DNA of 63,716 bases, filler included, from Dimorphilus gyrociliatus (lineage: Eukaryota > Animalia > Annelida), in NCBI GenBank assembly GCA_904063045.1. It is 3 parts of 3 records of this genome, joined end to end, with 100 filler letters (N's around TTAATTAATTAA, not from the genome) between each part and the next. Parts side by side here need not be neighbours in the genome. Positions count along the whole stretch, not along the records: positions 25,799 to 56,681 come from CAJFCJ010000071.1; 2 more parts are not named here. One strand, 5' to 3'. Below, piece after piece: positions 35,135-49,000 of this stretch; the stretch's first letter is position 1, and the number at the start of each line of letters is the position of its first letter. A model generated the notes under the pieces. That model searched no databases. It was not told the DNA's origin and worked only from the letters and a program-made list of their open reading frames with translations. The position numbers were made by a program, and so were the translations under genes.

Positions 35135-36300
35135 CTATTCTGAACCTTCATCCCTTTTCCCAATAACATACTTAAACAATCTTTTTTGAGTCTGTTTCGA
35201 TTTTAAAATATCAAAAATATCATTTAGGGAATACATAATAGGATTTAATAATGAAGTTAATGGAAGAGAAATGGCGACAATGGCAGAATAAACATCATTA
35301 GAAATATGAATTTCAATAAAAACAGCTAAAATTCCAATGATAGAAACTGGTAAACAACATAAAACATTTGACATTACAAGTATAAAAACTAATTTAAAAA
35401 CTTTGCAGGCATTTCTTTTAATTTTTTCATTGTCTTTAAATATGAAAAATGAGTGTAGAATAGTAATTGATATATTTATATAGAGGATACAAATCAAAAT
35501 AGTAATTGCTAGTAGTCCACATCCAAAAGTTACAAATGAAAATATCCATCCATCAGTTTTTTCACTTCTTATATAAACAGAAAAGCAGATTGGTGTTTTT
35601 CTGAAAGAATTCTAAAGAAATAAAACCTATAACTTATTTAAAGCTAATATTTTTAAATGAAAAAAAACCTTAAACCATAAACTCTGCACTAAAGCAATGA
35701 AAGAACACAAAAGAAATAGTAAAATCATGAGTACTATGTTAAGTTGTTTAATTTTGGAATGTTTATTGGCGAAAACAATTCCTTGGTGCCTTTCTAAAGT
35801 CATTAGAAATAGACTCCCGCATGAAAATAACACTGAAAATGTTACAGATGATCCTAAAAATAGACACAATTTGCCTTCTCTCCACAGTGAATCATTTACA
35901 ATATATTCATTTTTATAATATAAATCAACAACTGCAATACTAAACATATAGACTGATGTTAATAAATCACCAACAACTAATTCTGCTAGTTCACAAATTT
36001 CTTTTGTTTTAGCATTAAATACAAAATAACTTATTTTCAAATATCTTAAAAGGAAATAAAAGTTCAGTATTTTTGAATTTATGGCAAAAAAATCTGTAAA
36101 ATGGAATAAATTTAATAACAAGTTGATAAATAACAAAAATATAAAAATTGTTGATCACATGACTAATATCGCATGAGCAATATTTTTAGACAGTAAATAA
36201 TCAATGCTTTCAAAAAGATTAAACATAAATGTAGATTGGTTAATAGTCAAATCATCAGAAAATTTTCTTATGTAACACATACATCTTGATGTTGTTTTAA
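35135..36300 (-). pseudogene. GRL101/relaxin-receptor-like (LGR) GPCR 7TM region with a nonsense codon in TM1
   Basis: LVVGDLLTSVYMFSIAVVDLYYKNEYIVNDSLWREGKLCLFLG..MTLERH and SNVLCCLPV..LPLTSLLNPIMYS are LGR-type motifs. In-frame TGA at 36155-36157 in AILVM*STIF, near the position where a Trp is usual. Confidence 0.7.
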
Positions 36301-37079
36301 AGCATTTTATACATAATACATTTTCAGCTGTTCATCTTAAGAAGTATGATTACTATAAGTCATATGAATTGAAAATGTGTTATATTTACATGTCTAATCC
36401 TTTTTATCATCTACTTTTAATAGAAATTTGAGAATTTGCACATTGTTAAATGCACGTTTAAATATAAAAGTAACATTACTATTAAGTTATTAATTCATGG
36501 GCTTTAAATTTTAAAATATCATAACCATATTGCTTTTCAATTTGAAGTGTTCGCTACCGGATGTGTGAATGTAATATTACTTATAAAAGAACTTTAAAGG
36601 TTTTCTCTGTAGTATGAGTACTTTGGTAAATGATTGAAAAGGATTAATTAGATAGTGATACTCCAGAAAGTCCTATTTGAAAAGAGCAATTTTTTGCTAA
36701 CCTTTTTTAGCATTAAAGACATTTTTTTATATTTTTTTATTGAAAACAGAATTAGTGAAAAGGTCAAATTGTGTCAATAATTCATAAAGACTGAAAATTT
36801 TTTCACACTTTTTCAATTTTCCTAACTTTAGACCTTAAACCTTGTCTTATCTTTTTCACTCTTCCAGAGCCACAAATATAGACATGTCTGACTATAAATC
36901 AATGGTATTTTGAGTTTAATTAAACCAACTTTCAACCCGAAAACTGAGCCGAACAAAATCGTCAATATAAGCGTTTACAACAGCTAACCAGTGTAGTTAG
37001 AGAAAATACATTTTGGCAATCATACAATTGAAAATATTTTGATTTTCTTTGACTACAACACAAAAGATTTTTTTTTTAA

Positions 37080-38266
37080 TTAATAATCCGAATAATTGTC
37101 AAAATAATTAGTTTCCTCTACAAATATGGAAATTTCACAAATATGCTCATTTCCTTCCCATAATTTAAATTTTCTATTGATCATTAATTGATCAATGATT
37201 GAGGTATCGCAGCGATAATCGCAAATAAGTATTGGACTGTGAATATTATATTCAATTTTAATCCATTTACATTGCTTATAAGATTTCACTTCACAAGTGG
37301 AAGGCTCTCTTTTAAAAACGTCAAAATCATTGCAATCAATAATCTGTCCTTGATTTTTAAACGAAATTGAAACAAGTAGACATATCATTGTCAATAATAA
37401 CTCCATTAGAAGATGATTTAGATTTTACGAATGTGTTAGTAAATATAGGACTAGTGAACATACTAACAAAATCATTGTCGATACCATCATACTTTTTTCC
37501 TACGCATAATGTTAAAGCAGGAATTTGGTGTGAAGTTAGATGTACATAATAAGGAGTATGGCCAGGTGGTTTATTTCGACATGAACAGTTAACGTAGTTT
37601 CGAAAACATTGAGAATTGTCGTATAAGAATGTGTAGTTTACGTTATTCCGAAACAACAAAGTTGTAAGAACATTATCACTTTTGCCATTTGAACATTTTA
37701 CAAAGATTCTTTGATAGCGAAGATAAACGTTGTACTCAATCAATCTCTCTCCTAATACGTATGAATCACTGGATAGAAAGAAAGAAAAAATGGAGTCATT
37801 TATATTTTAATAATCAATAAATAGATAAAAAAAACACAAACTATGTTGGATAGATATTCCTGCTGGTGTCACAAGGATCTGTTGTTCCTGGTGTATAATC
37901 AATATAATCTGAGGTAGAAGACACGTAATCTTTAGTACTCAGTCTATTAACAGATTCCACTTGGCATTTAAAATGTTTTACTTTTGGTAAATAAGCGAAA
38001 GCTGTAATTTCATATATTCCAAAAAATTTTCTTCCCTCTAAATTAAAACTAAATTTCAGCCATTTTGTTTCTAATTTTGCGAAAATCTTTGTCCAATTTG
38101 ATGTTTTATTAACATTTATATATATTGTAATATCTTGACTAAATATGCCTATTTTATCAATTTCATTCTCTAAGGGTTGATTAATGTTTATTTCCTGTAT
38201 AGAATATTTTGAGAAAGTTTCAACTTTTATAAAAGGAATTAAATCGTTGGTGTTTGGAATCCACAA
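37080..38266 (-). CDS. Probable extracellular-domain exons (F5/8-like and Cys-rich), possibly the N-terminus of the downstream LGR gene
   Basis: Three overlapping or adjacent minus-strand ORFs with coding-like composition, upstream of and co-oriented with the LGR 7TM exons. Splicing not resolved. Confidence 0.35.
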
Positions 38267-40321
38267 TTGATCGATATATGGTACGGCATCTAATTATCTT
38301 ACATCCAAATAGAAAACTGGCAAACACACATAGAAATATCATTTTCTTTTATCTTGAATCTTTCAGACTATACGAAAAAAGACAGTGGGAAATGAGAATC
38401 TGATATATATTTGTAGTAATTCTAATTATCAGGTTCAATATATTTTATTAACAAATAACTCTTACATGAACAATGTTCAACTTTAATACCTCTACTTTGA
38501 TTTCATTGTTCAAATGTCAAGTATTATGGATTTGGAATAAGTCAATTATTAATTTAGACAGAAAAACTTCCTACAGATCAATGAATTGGATAATTGAAAA
38601 AAAGAATAGAAACAAAACAGAGAAACAATTGATCTGTTAGTAAAATGAAGTTGATGAACATCTGTAAGTATTTATACATATCTCTTTCTTCTAAGAGAAA
38701 CAAAATTGCGATTTACAGTACAAATCATCTCCAGCTTATAGCGATTCTGTATGTTACAACAACTATGGACAAAAAATGAAATATATGGTGTTAGTACCTA
38801 TTTTTAATGCCTGTAGAATTAATATATTTAGTAGTTTTTGTATCTCTTTCAATAGGCTAACATTCAAGAAGTTAAAGTTTATATTTTCAATTTTTAAGAT
38901 GCTGTGGTTAATTCTCAAAATGTTCTGTCCTGTTTCAAATCAAAAACGTCATTCGAGTTTAATTACTGAAATTCAATGCACACTTTATTGATGTTGTTAT
39001 GCAGATGGATAATGTTTTATTAACATTACAACAGTATCAAGGCTTTATACAATTAACAAGATTTGCAAAGTTTTTGTACAACTTTTAGAGATACATAGTG
39101 AAGTGAGTGATAATGAATGTAAAACAGCTGAAAATTCCATTTATTGAATCTACAATATCAACAAAAGCATTACCATTACAAAGTTGTTTTAATGGGAAGA
39201 GTTGTGATTGAAATATTAACTGATTTGATAAATGAATATAATCTCTCCGAACCGATAACATACATTTTCTATGTCTTTTTTTTATATGTCAGCCATTGTA
39301 GATAAATTGTTTAGAAAACAAAGCACAAAAAAAGAAAGTGCTCTATTGTTGCATATTTACAAAATAAAACTACTCTTTCTCTAATAATGATTTATTACTT
39401 TGCAAAATAATGGGACTATACAAAAGAATTCTGACGGTAGAAAAATGCCTTATACATAATGAAGTAAGAGACTTATATAGACCCATTTTCTCAACAACAA
39501 TTAATATTTTTAGACAGTATTTCATACTCTAAACATCTAAAAGTGATTAATATAGCCACTTTTGACTCGGTTCTACCTTGCATTAAGAAGATATATGTTA
39601 AAGGGAAAATGGATAAATTCATTTGTGGGTTTGAAATATTCAATGATGTGCCCTTATCAGGTATTCATCATGTTTAATGTCAATCACAACACCAGTGAGG
39701 GAGCTTTTTGCAAACGACATCATGATTACTTATTTCAAGTTTCCTTTTCTGTCTTTTGCTTCTTTTCAGCCAATATTCCACCTCCTGGTTCTGCTCTTCT
39801 CTTCAACCTGTGAGTTTTGCCGCTTTCCCCTTTTTAAAAATTCTGTTGGTGGTTCTGTTTATCCTTCCAAAAGATTTCTTCTTGAGTAAAAAGTGTCACA
39901 GGCAGTTTGCAGTTTGATTCAAGCATTTTATTAAATCTTGTTCATTTGTTATACATTATCTTGACAGACTCTGGGATTTGGGAATAATGATTTATACCAA
40001 AAGATGGCGTGTAGTCCATTATAAATCTTAAATCCTAAAACCCAAAGCACGGCGATTATCTATTAAGCTTTGACATGTAATCCCAAATTACCGATTTTCC
40101 CTCTATTATATACATTTTTGATATTAGGCCTATTTTAGAAATATTGCACAAGTTGACTAGATGAATTGTCAATATTTTTATCATGATAACAACTTTTTAA
40201 ATATGATAATTAGACGAGATCGTTACAACTGATTTCATTCGCTCTTGGATGCATCCTGTAAAAAAAATATGAAAGAAAGAGGATATGAAAGATCAATATA
40301 TCTTAATTTCTAACAATTAGC

Positions 40322-41610
40322 TTACTTCCTTCTTATGTATTTTATACCAATTAACTCAACAACAATGTTTATAAACAACTCTAAAAATTCAAATAATGTT
40401 AAAATTGTTGAGCCGAGAACAAGTCCAAAAGCTCCTCCAACATCTGATAAAAGAGCTAACCATGTATATGCAGGCTTCTCAGTCAACTCTTCAGAAATCA
40501 TTGTTGAATAGAAAATATTTAATGCTATTAGATCATTTGAAATGTAATTTCTAACTTCGTCAGTATTTCCAACTTGTTTTAGATAGTGTTCCCCAAATTT
40601 TGCCGATGAAATCATGGTATTGTAATCTTGAATGAAACATTGATTTTTGCAAGGACACCTTGCAACCATATCGTCTTTGACGAACAGCAGAGAATGCTTT
40701 TTAATACATAGTAAATTGTAAGGAGCACAGGTTAAAGCTGGTTTAGAAGCTGTCGGAAGAGATGTTATGAAAAGGATGTTTTTCAAGTGTTTTCTTTAAA
40801 AATCCAAAAAAAAAAGATGTACTTACGTTTCATTTCAAGAGTTGCACATTTACATTTCTCTACTATGGTATCTGAATAACACTTACAGTAGTAAAATTCA
40901 TTTCATTGCAAGGCAATTGTCTAAATGTGCACTTTTTTTTGTTTGGAAGAAAAAGAAAGAACATTAGAGAGAGAGAGAGAGAGAGAGAGAGAAGGAAAAG
41001 GTGTAAAAAAAAAATTAAAATACATGCACAATAGATTCTTTTTTACTATATGCCAAACTTTTATAAACTTTTCCCCAATCCCAATAAGAATTATTCCATA
41101 AATATTTATTCTCTTCAGTAACGTTTAATTTATAATCGTCTTTCTGTAATATTTCAAATAGAGGTGCCATAACCTTTTCTAAACCTAGTATTATAATTTA
41201 AATAATTTATGCAAATTAGCTAAAAAAAAAAATTTACCAAGGAAATACGTACCTTTTTCAATAGTTTTTGAACGGAAATATTTATTTTCATTGCAAATTG
41301 TTACAGTAGGAAATCTAAGTAAATTATTATAGACATTATCAGTTTGAGAGATTCTCTCATATCTTAGGAAGTAACCGATACGATCCTGTAATTGATAAAT
41401 CATAAAACCAAACCCTAATAGTAAGAGAAGCGTCCATAAGGTTCTTTTTAAAATGGAAGTCTCATTATTAGTCGTATATTTAAATCCAATGATGCTAATA
41501 TTTTGGGAAAATGTATGAAGATGTGATGATAGAATATTTCCAACATCTCTCTTTTCCATATTTGAATATGTTGTTCTACCTTCTAAATATTCTGGGACAG
41601 TGTCTATCAC
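40322..41610 (-). pseudogene. DEG/ENaC/ASIC-family channel with an internal deletion
   Basis: TM1 region (KRTLWTLLLLLGF), FPTVTICNEN, CTFRQLPCNEMNFTT, thumb CKC..CPCKNQC and TM2 LLSDVGGAFGLVLGSTILTLFEF are present. The central palm/beta-ball segment is missing and the frame shifts at ~40880. Confidence 0.85.
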
Positions 41611-42382
41611 TACTTTATTTGTATTAAAAAAAACAAAATGGCAGATTTTTATTCATTAGGACAAATATAGATGCTATTCAGTATTAATGATGGCTGAGAT
41701 ATCTAAAACCTCTTGAATAGTTAATATGAACTTGGTAGTACTATTAGTTGTTTATATATATATATATTTATATATATTTATACAAGTAAAAGCACATATT
41801 CATTCAGCACTTTTAAAGAAGCCTCTTTTTTGATAAGAGAAAAATCAATCTTGAGTTGGTGAATTGTTTAATTGTACTTTAACAATATCTTTTTTACAAC
41901 CCTTCCAAGAAGTATTGATCATTGGTCTTAATACAATTGATATGTATTGGCCTAGAGCAATGTTAGGAAATATTGCTTATCAATTATTTAGTCATTAATT
42001 TATAGTTTCTTATGAAAATAAATAATTCATTAATATAACTTATATGGATTTGGCATTTCTTTTGTACAACTAATTTACAATGTCCACTTAACCCTGCTAT
42101 TAATAGATATTCTAAAACAAAATTTTCAATAATGCGTCCAGAAATAATTAGCTTAATTTGTAAAGGCCTAGTTAGGCCAATTACTAAAATTATACTTTCT
42201 TTCTGAGAAAAGATTTAGCTGTATGATAACTGAAAATTTTAACTTTAAACATTTACAAACAAGTAACTTAAAATATGGATTGTTTTCTTCAATGTTTTGA
42301 TGATTTATCCTATAGTTTTTATATTATTAGAGAATTGGTAGTACAATATAAACATTGTATTAATATATTATTATAATTATAT

Positions 42383-42990
42383 TTAGACTGCATAGGAATT
42401 GTAGTTGAAAAGAGTTCGATTAATAGATTCGTCATTAGCATGTTCTATAATATTTGAATATTCAGATCCAGATGATTTTTGAATTTTTTCCCACAATTTG
42501 TCTTCAGACTCGAACTGTGGGACATCATAAACCATTGCTTTTGTAAGGTGCCACATATTGTCAATTCGGCTCAGGTCAGTGGTCTTTGCTGCCCAATCTA
42601 TTGGCTTGATGTCATTATTTCCAAAGGCCCTTTTTGTTCTTCTAGCTGTATGGCAATCAACATTATCTTGCTGGTAGATGTACTCCCTGCCCATTTTAGA
42701 CTCCAGCTCTCTATGACAGGAAGAGCATATTCCACAATAAACCAGCTATAATTTTCTGCGTTTAATTTGGTCATTATTCTCCAAACTTTGAATATGCCAT
42801 CAGAGGGTATCAATCCCCAAACCAATACGCAACCTCTGCCCATATTTTGCATAACCCTAAAGTCTTTTTCTGTGTTATTTGCCCATGTTCACTTAGCATG
42901 AATCCAGCCTCATTGCTAAAAATAACTTTAGACCAGTCCAGATTTTTGCTAATCATTTTGTAGGCAGTATTCTTTTCCCCTTTTACAATC
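42383..42990 (-). mobile_element. Degenerate Tc1/mariner transposase (DD34E region)
   Basis: WSKVIFSNE, GCVLVWG, IYQQDNVDCHTAR, DWAAKTTDLSRIDNMW, with frameshifts. Confidence 0.85.
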
Positions 42991-43565
42991 TTTAGAGGTG
43001 AGATTGCCTTACTCTTTTATATTTTATAAAAGAAAAAGTAATATTCTGATAATTTTTCCTGCAGGATATTTATTTCTACATATTAATAATTATTATTATC
43101 AATTAAAAGTAGTTGTTCAGTATATCTTAATCACTAAACTAAAAATTTTACGAGGTGACTGTGGACTTTTTGCCAATACTCTATATATGTATGTAGATGA
43201 AAACATGGAATTTACTTAGCAATTTCTATATGACAGTCCTAATCAAAGTCTTATAAAGAAGTAATGAATGATAAAAGCTATAATTGGAATTGTTCTCCTT
43301 TTATCAAAAGGATACATACAAGGAAAATATTTGAGTTTTCCATTTTCTCAGAGCTAAAAATTGATTGATTCATTAGAACATTTAAAGAAAAAAATTATAG
43401 CCAGTTTACTAAAACAGTCCAAGTTTTGTATGTTTTTCTTTTTGTTTGTATTGGAAAACTGGCCAGAAAATAGTCTAAAACATTTCGTTTAGACAGATAT
43501 TTCCCATTTGAATTTCAACCTGTTTTAAAATTGTAAGAAAGGTAAAACAAAAAAATTCAAGATCT

Positions 43566-44040
43566 GGAAAGAACGTCCCAAATTGGAAGGAATGTCCTAT
43601 GGAAAGAACCCTCAGGAAATAAATTTTAAAAAATACAATTTACTTAAAGAATAAAACGGCTAAGATGTTTAAGTTTAATTAAAGATCTGTGAACTATAAT
43701 AGTTACATTAAAAAACATGAAAGATAAAACATGAGTGCTAGACAAAGAGAGAGAGACCAATATGAAAAGTTATGATACATATATGTTTAATGCTTTCTCT
43801 GATAGATCCATTGCTGTTATTAATCCTAAAATCACAATCATTCCACAATTGAAAATTTCTAATATTCTTTCTTTTGGTGTTTTTTCAACTTTTCTCAGAC
43901 AAGAGTTTTTTTAAAAACCTCAATGAGGGAAGCTTCCTTATTTAATTCATCTACCAATTGGTATAAAGAGCCCTTGGTTAAGGCTCTACTGTTCAACCTT
44001 CTGTACCAAGCTTCGACTTTATTGCTTGCTCTGATACTAT
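43566..44040 (-). mobile_element. MULE transposase C-terminal fragment plus terminal repeats
   Basis: IRASNKVEAWYRRLN..LYQLVDELNKEASLI..LLSEKKL parallels IRTNNDVEGFHNRLN..FYNLIDELKREADLI..LLSEKKL at ~53450-53600. Three GGAA[AG]GAA-type repeats at 43566-43617. Confidence 0.65.
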
Positions 44041-44079
44041 AGCCAAACACAGACCATTGTTGAGGTTGCCAAATTGAAT

Positions 44080-45438
44080 TTTCAATCCTGTACTTTGTTG
44101 TATTGTAATTGTAGGAATTTCTGGTTCGTCACAACTGTAATCGTCCTTTCCAATCATTTACCAATTTACCAAAGTACTCACACAAATATAACCATTAAAG
44201 TTCGTCCACAAATAGTCTTAAAAAATGTAATTTCGGCAGAAATTAATCAACAAAACACTAGTATTTCATCCAAAGAATACTGTATGTATTGAGTAAAATG
44301 AGCTTCTAGTTCTAAACAAACTTTGTGGAATTGAGACAAATGACTTCTTTCATATGATGAAAGAGAAAAAGCAAAAGCAAAAATTTCAAAATTTAATTTC
44401 AAAAAATTGCTACACAAATCTGCTAAGTGAGACATTCCTACATAATTGCTATGATCATGTAACAAATGATAATGATAGCTATTGGAAAATCAAACCATCA
44501 GACAATCTAAAATAACTACAATACAACACATTCAGCATAAAGCTTATTGGTAAAAAAAATTGATTCTATTATTAAATAATCATGGAATTAGAGTGGCACC
44601 TTGTGAGAATAAAATCATGGATTTTAATGCAGATTCTTTAAAAGTATTAGAACTTGTTGAAGAAAAATTGTTGCGAAAACAGATATTTGGTTTCAAGGAC
44701 CTCAAGGAAAGCAGTTTAAGTTGACTAAAAGAAAATTAAGATATCTCCTAATCAGGTGATAATTATTGTAAAGTACTCATTAAGTGTGCAAAATATCTGA
44801 GGTTTGGCAGGAAAGGGAAATGTTATATTTTTAAATTTTCCTTGACATCTATCATTTGACTGTGTATCAGGACACTGTATTACATCCTATTGAGTAGTAT
44901 TGACATTATCAATTGCCTCCATACATTTAATGCCAATTGATGAAGTACAAATTGCTCCTAAATCACTATTAGCTTTATTTAAATAATATAAATCTTCATT
45001 GGTTGTTTAATCTGTAAAATTTAAAAGAATTAATTGTGTAATAAAATCTAATACAAATTCTCTACTGTCATAGGCGTATATAAGTATTGATTGAAATCCA
45101 CTATACAATGTTGTTGTTTTACTACCAGAAGTTTGAAATTTTGCTTTGGAAGCGACATCTACAATTGTAAAAAAGACACAAGTTTCATATAAATTCAAAA
45201 CTAAATTAATCTCACCTGAACTTCCTAGTGTCATTTTCAATGACGAAAGTATAATAGATTCTGAATAGTGTCTTTGATATATGCATGAGTCAATTATATC
45301 GTATAGTTCCTTAAAAGTGATTTCAATCCATTGATTTGTACAAGACAGTCCTGTACAAATTGTTGCCCATTCAACTGAGCTTTGCCAGATAGAATCAAGT
45401 ACATTTTCACACTCACAGCTGATGCTGTACATAGTCAA
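44080..45438 (-). pseudogene. F5/8-type-C (discoidin)-like repeat gene, degenerate
   Basis: NQWIEITFKELYDII..IYQR in the 45007-45438 ORF; downstream pieces (YSLDEILVFC*) carry stops. Confidence 0.5.
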
Positions 45439-46003
45439 TGCGCTGCAACTAGCAGCATGATCCTTAATGTTAGCTATATTTATAAGTTTTCCATCTGTTC
45501 AAAATGTCAAAAAAAATTACTAAAGGTAAAAGTATTTCAATTGGTACCAGTTGATTTTGATCCATTTATGAATGTAAACATGTAAAATATGAAATATAAT
45601 ATGAAATTTTTCCTATTTTAATTGATTGATTTCTTTAATTTCAAATTAGAATGCTGTAGACATAAGACTGTCTGATGAATAATTTTTATTCTAGGTTTGT
45701 AAAATCAACAAGATTTATTGACCTTTATTTTATGTTATGTTCAATAAATATTAATTTATCCTGTCAGTTTTTGTTCAATATATATTAGATTATTGGGTAT
45801 ATATTGATTATTAAATATAGACATTAATTTGTAGCAGTAAGACAAAAGTTATTGTTTATAAGAAAAAAACAACTATTGAATGATGAAGTAGAGGGTTACA
45901 AGGTATGGACAATTACATTATTAATTCTAATTTAGTAAATCATTTTTTCTTGAACGAAATTTAATTTTGCTTCAACCTTAAATATAGACTTTTTTTCCAA
46001 AAG

Positions 46004-49000
46004 TTAAAGTTTGCCTTTAAGTAAATTGAAAAACTTTCCTTTCCTATTTAGCAATTGCTGTTTAGTTCCCATTTCCGCTACCCTGCCTTGATCCATAACA
46101 ATAATTCTATCACAATGCATTATTGTATTTAATCTATGAGCTATTGTTATCGTTGTAGTATTCTCATCAAATTCAGATTTCAAGATATTTTGAATATATT
46201 CATCAGTTTCTACATCAACGTTTGCAGTTGCTTCATCAATGATTATTAAAAATGACTTTTTCAATAAGGCTCTTGCCAAACAAACTAGCTGTCTTTCTCC
46301 TGTGCTCAAATTCTGTCCTCCTTCTGTGATAGTTGAATTCAATTGATGAGTACTATCTCTTACTTTTTTAAATAATTGAGTTTTATGAAGACTTTTCCAA
46401 ATTTCATCATCAGTATAAAGGTTTAATGGATCTAAATTCGATCGAAATGTCCCTGAGAATAATATTGGGTCTTGGGGAATTACTGATATAGCTGATCTGG
46501 CTTTATTAAGACTGACACTTCTGAGAATATCAACATTGTCAAGTAGAATTGTTCCTTTAACATGAGCAATTCGTAAGAGTGTTGAAATAAGAGAGCTTTT
46601 ACCAGAACCAGTTCGCCCAACAACACCTATCTAGAGTAAAATAAATTTAATACAGTAATGAGTAGATGAGTAGTGTAAAACCTTTTCTCCAGATCTAATT
46701 GACAAATTTATAAAAGATAGAGCATTAGGTAAATCTTCATCATACTTCATTGACACATCAATCAGTTCTAAATTTCCATTAGATGGCCAATGTGTAGATT
46801 GTAAAAACTTTGAATTACTACCCATTTCCTCAGATCTAAGATAACTATACTCTTTAATACGATCAACTGATGTCATCTGAAAGCAGGTTGAAAAAATTAA
46901 CTGAATACTGACAATAAAAAAGAGACATAGTCTTACAATTCCATCAACACTTGTAAATGTTTTTAAAGCCATAGTCAATCCATTCATTAAATTTGTAATG
47001 TAAAGTATAGCCAAGGTAATGATAAAAGCTGTTTCATGATTTGAAAAGTATACACAAGCACAACTTGTAATTAATTGAGTTAGAAAAATCCAAATAAAGA
47101 ATATTCTTCCCAGAAGTAGATTATAGGCTTGTAAAATAAAGAAATGGTGTAAATTTCTATCATAAACTTGATAAAATTTAACCATTAATTGAGTTTGCTT
47201 GTTGAAACATCTGATTGTTGTTAATCCTGTAATAGAACTTTCCAGCATTTCATAGATAGGACTGGATGTTAGACAGTCAAATCTCTGTAATTTACTTGAA
47301 TAGGGTATCATTTTGATCATTGTGAAATAGATTGCTATAAACATCAATAATAGTGGAACCAATACAATATAAACATTGTAGGCAACCAATGCAAATGAAA
47401 AGATCATTCCACCCGTAAAAGTGATTATTAATTCCAAATGTATATGCAAAAATGAATCTATTGATCCCAAATCTCTAGAAAACCTATTTAAAATTCTTCC
47501 TTTTGAGTTTGTGTTGAAGAATCTCATACCAACTGATAATACTTTTGTAAACATTTCATTGTGTAGATTTATAGAGCATAAACAGATGTTTATGTAGAAA
47601 AGTAATAGTCTTAAAATATCCAAAATAACCATAAAGAATAGAATGATGGCAATTTCATAAAAAAGCACTGTTGACCATAAATTCACAGCAAAATCCTTCA
47701 CCTTCTTATCAAAGTAAACTTTCATGCTAAATGTTATACTAAACAAGACCAATGAAAAACAAAATAGTAATGGGCTACCACTTTGAAAATAGGCTTTATA
47801 AGTTTTCCAACTTGACATTCCATCATTAGATTCTTCTTCTTTCTCTTCTATTTTGCTCTTGATAACATTTCCATTAAATGTTGTTTTTTCATTATTTACT
47901 TTTTCCATATCTGGAGAAGATATGTGAATCTTCTCCATTTGCTTCAGTTTACCATTTTCCAAAGAATAAACTATGTTGGCCATTTTCAAAAAGGAAATTT
48001 GATGAGATACAAGTATCACAATCTTCTCTTTCAAATAATCAAGTATACAATTTTTCATTATTTGCTTTCCAACTGTTCTGTCTAAGGCACTCAGCGGATC
48101 ATCCAGTAAATAAATATCAGCATCTCTGTAAACAGCTCTGGCCAGTGATACTCTTGACCTTTGACCCCCACTGAGCATGAATCCTTTCTCTCCAACCATT
48201 GTTTTATCGCCGTCTGGAAAGTTTTCTAAATCCTTTGTTGAGAAATCAATAATTAAATAGAAAAAAAAATAAAGAAACTGGCATCTAAATACTTGTTCAA
48301 GGGAACATATATGTAAAATTTTCCTATATTTTGCTAAATCAAACTCATCTCCAAAGATGATATTATCAAAAATTGATCCATTAAATATCCAAGGATCTTG
48401 GGGCATGTAAGATTTTCTCAATGGAATTTTCATAAATCCGCTTATAGGCTTTAATTCATTGAGTAAAGTCATCATTAATGTAGTTTTACCAGAACCAACT
48501 TTTCCATACAATCCTATTAAAGATGGAGATTTAATAGATAAGTTGATGTCTTTTAAAATAGACTTTAAAGGGGCAACCTTAAGGGAAAGAAACCAGGTGA
48601 GTAGTATAGATTTAAAAAAGAAACTTGAAATCCTTACCTTCCAATTGAAAATAATATTATGCAATTGGTAGGATTTTAGAGCATTATCACCATCTTTACC
48701 ACTTGGAATTGTTGTTTCTTTGTCTTTTAAGAGTAGTACTTCCTGAAAGATTGAGAGAGGTTAAAGGTCAACGGTTGATTACTTTTATACATTGTTTACT
48801 TCAATTCTTTGTATGGCAACAAAGTATTCTTTTATTGAAAATACAAAATTAGGTACGTGAAAAAAAATATCTGTTTCCAACAGGAGAATAAGACTAAGTA
48901 ATCTCATAACTGAATGAGTAGTATTCAGGCTTTCCTGTGCTGTTAATTTTATGACAAAAATTGAACAGATGATTGGTATTTTACAACCAATTGAAGCAAA

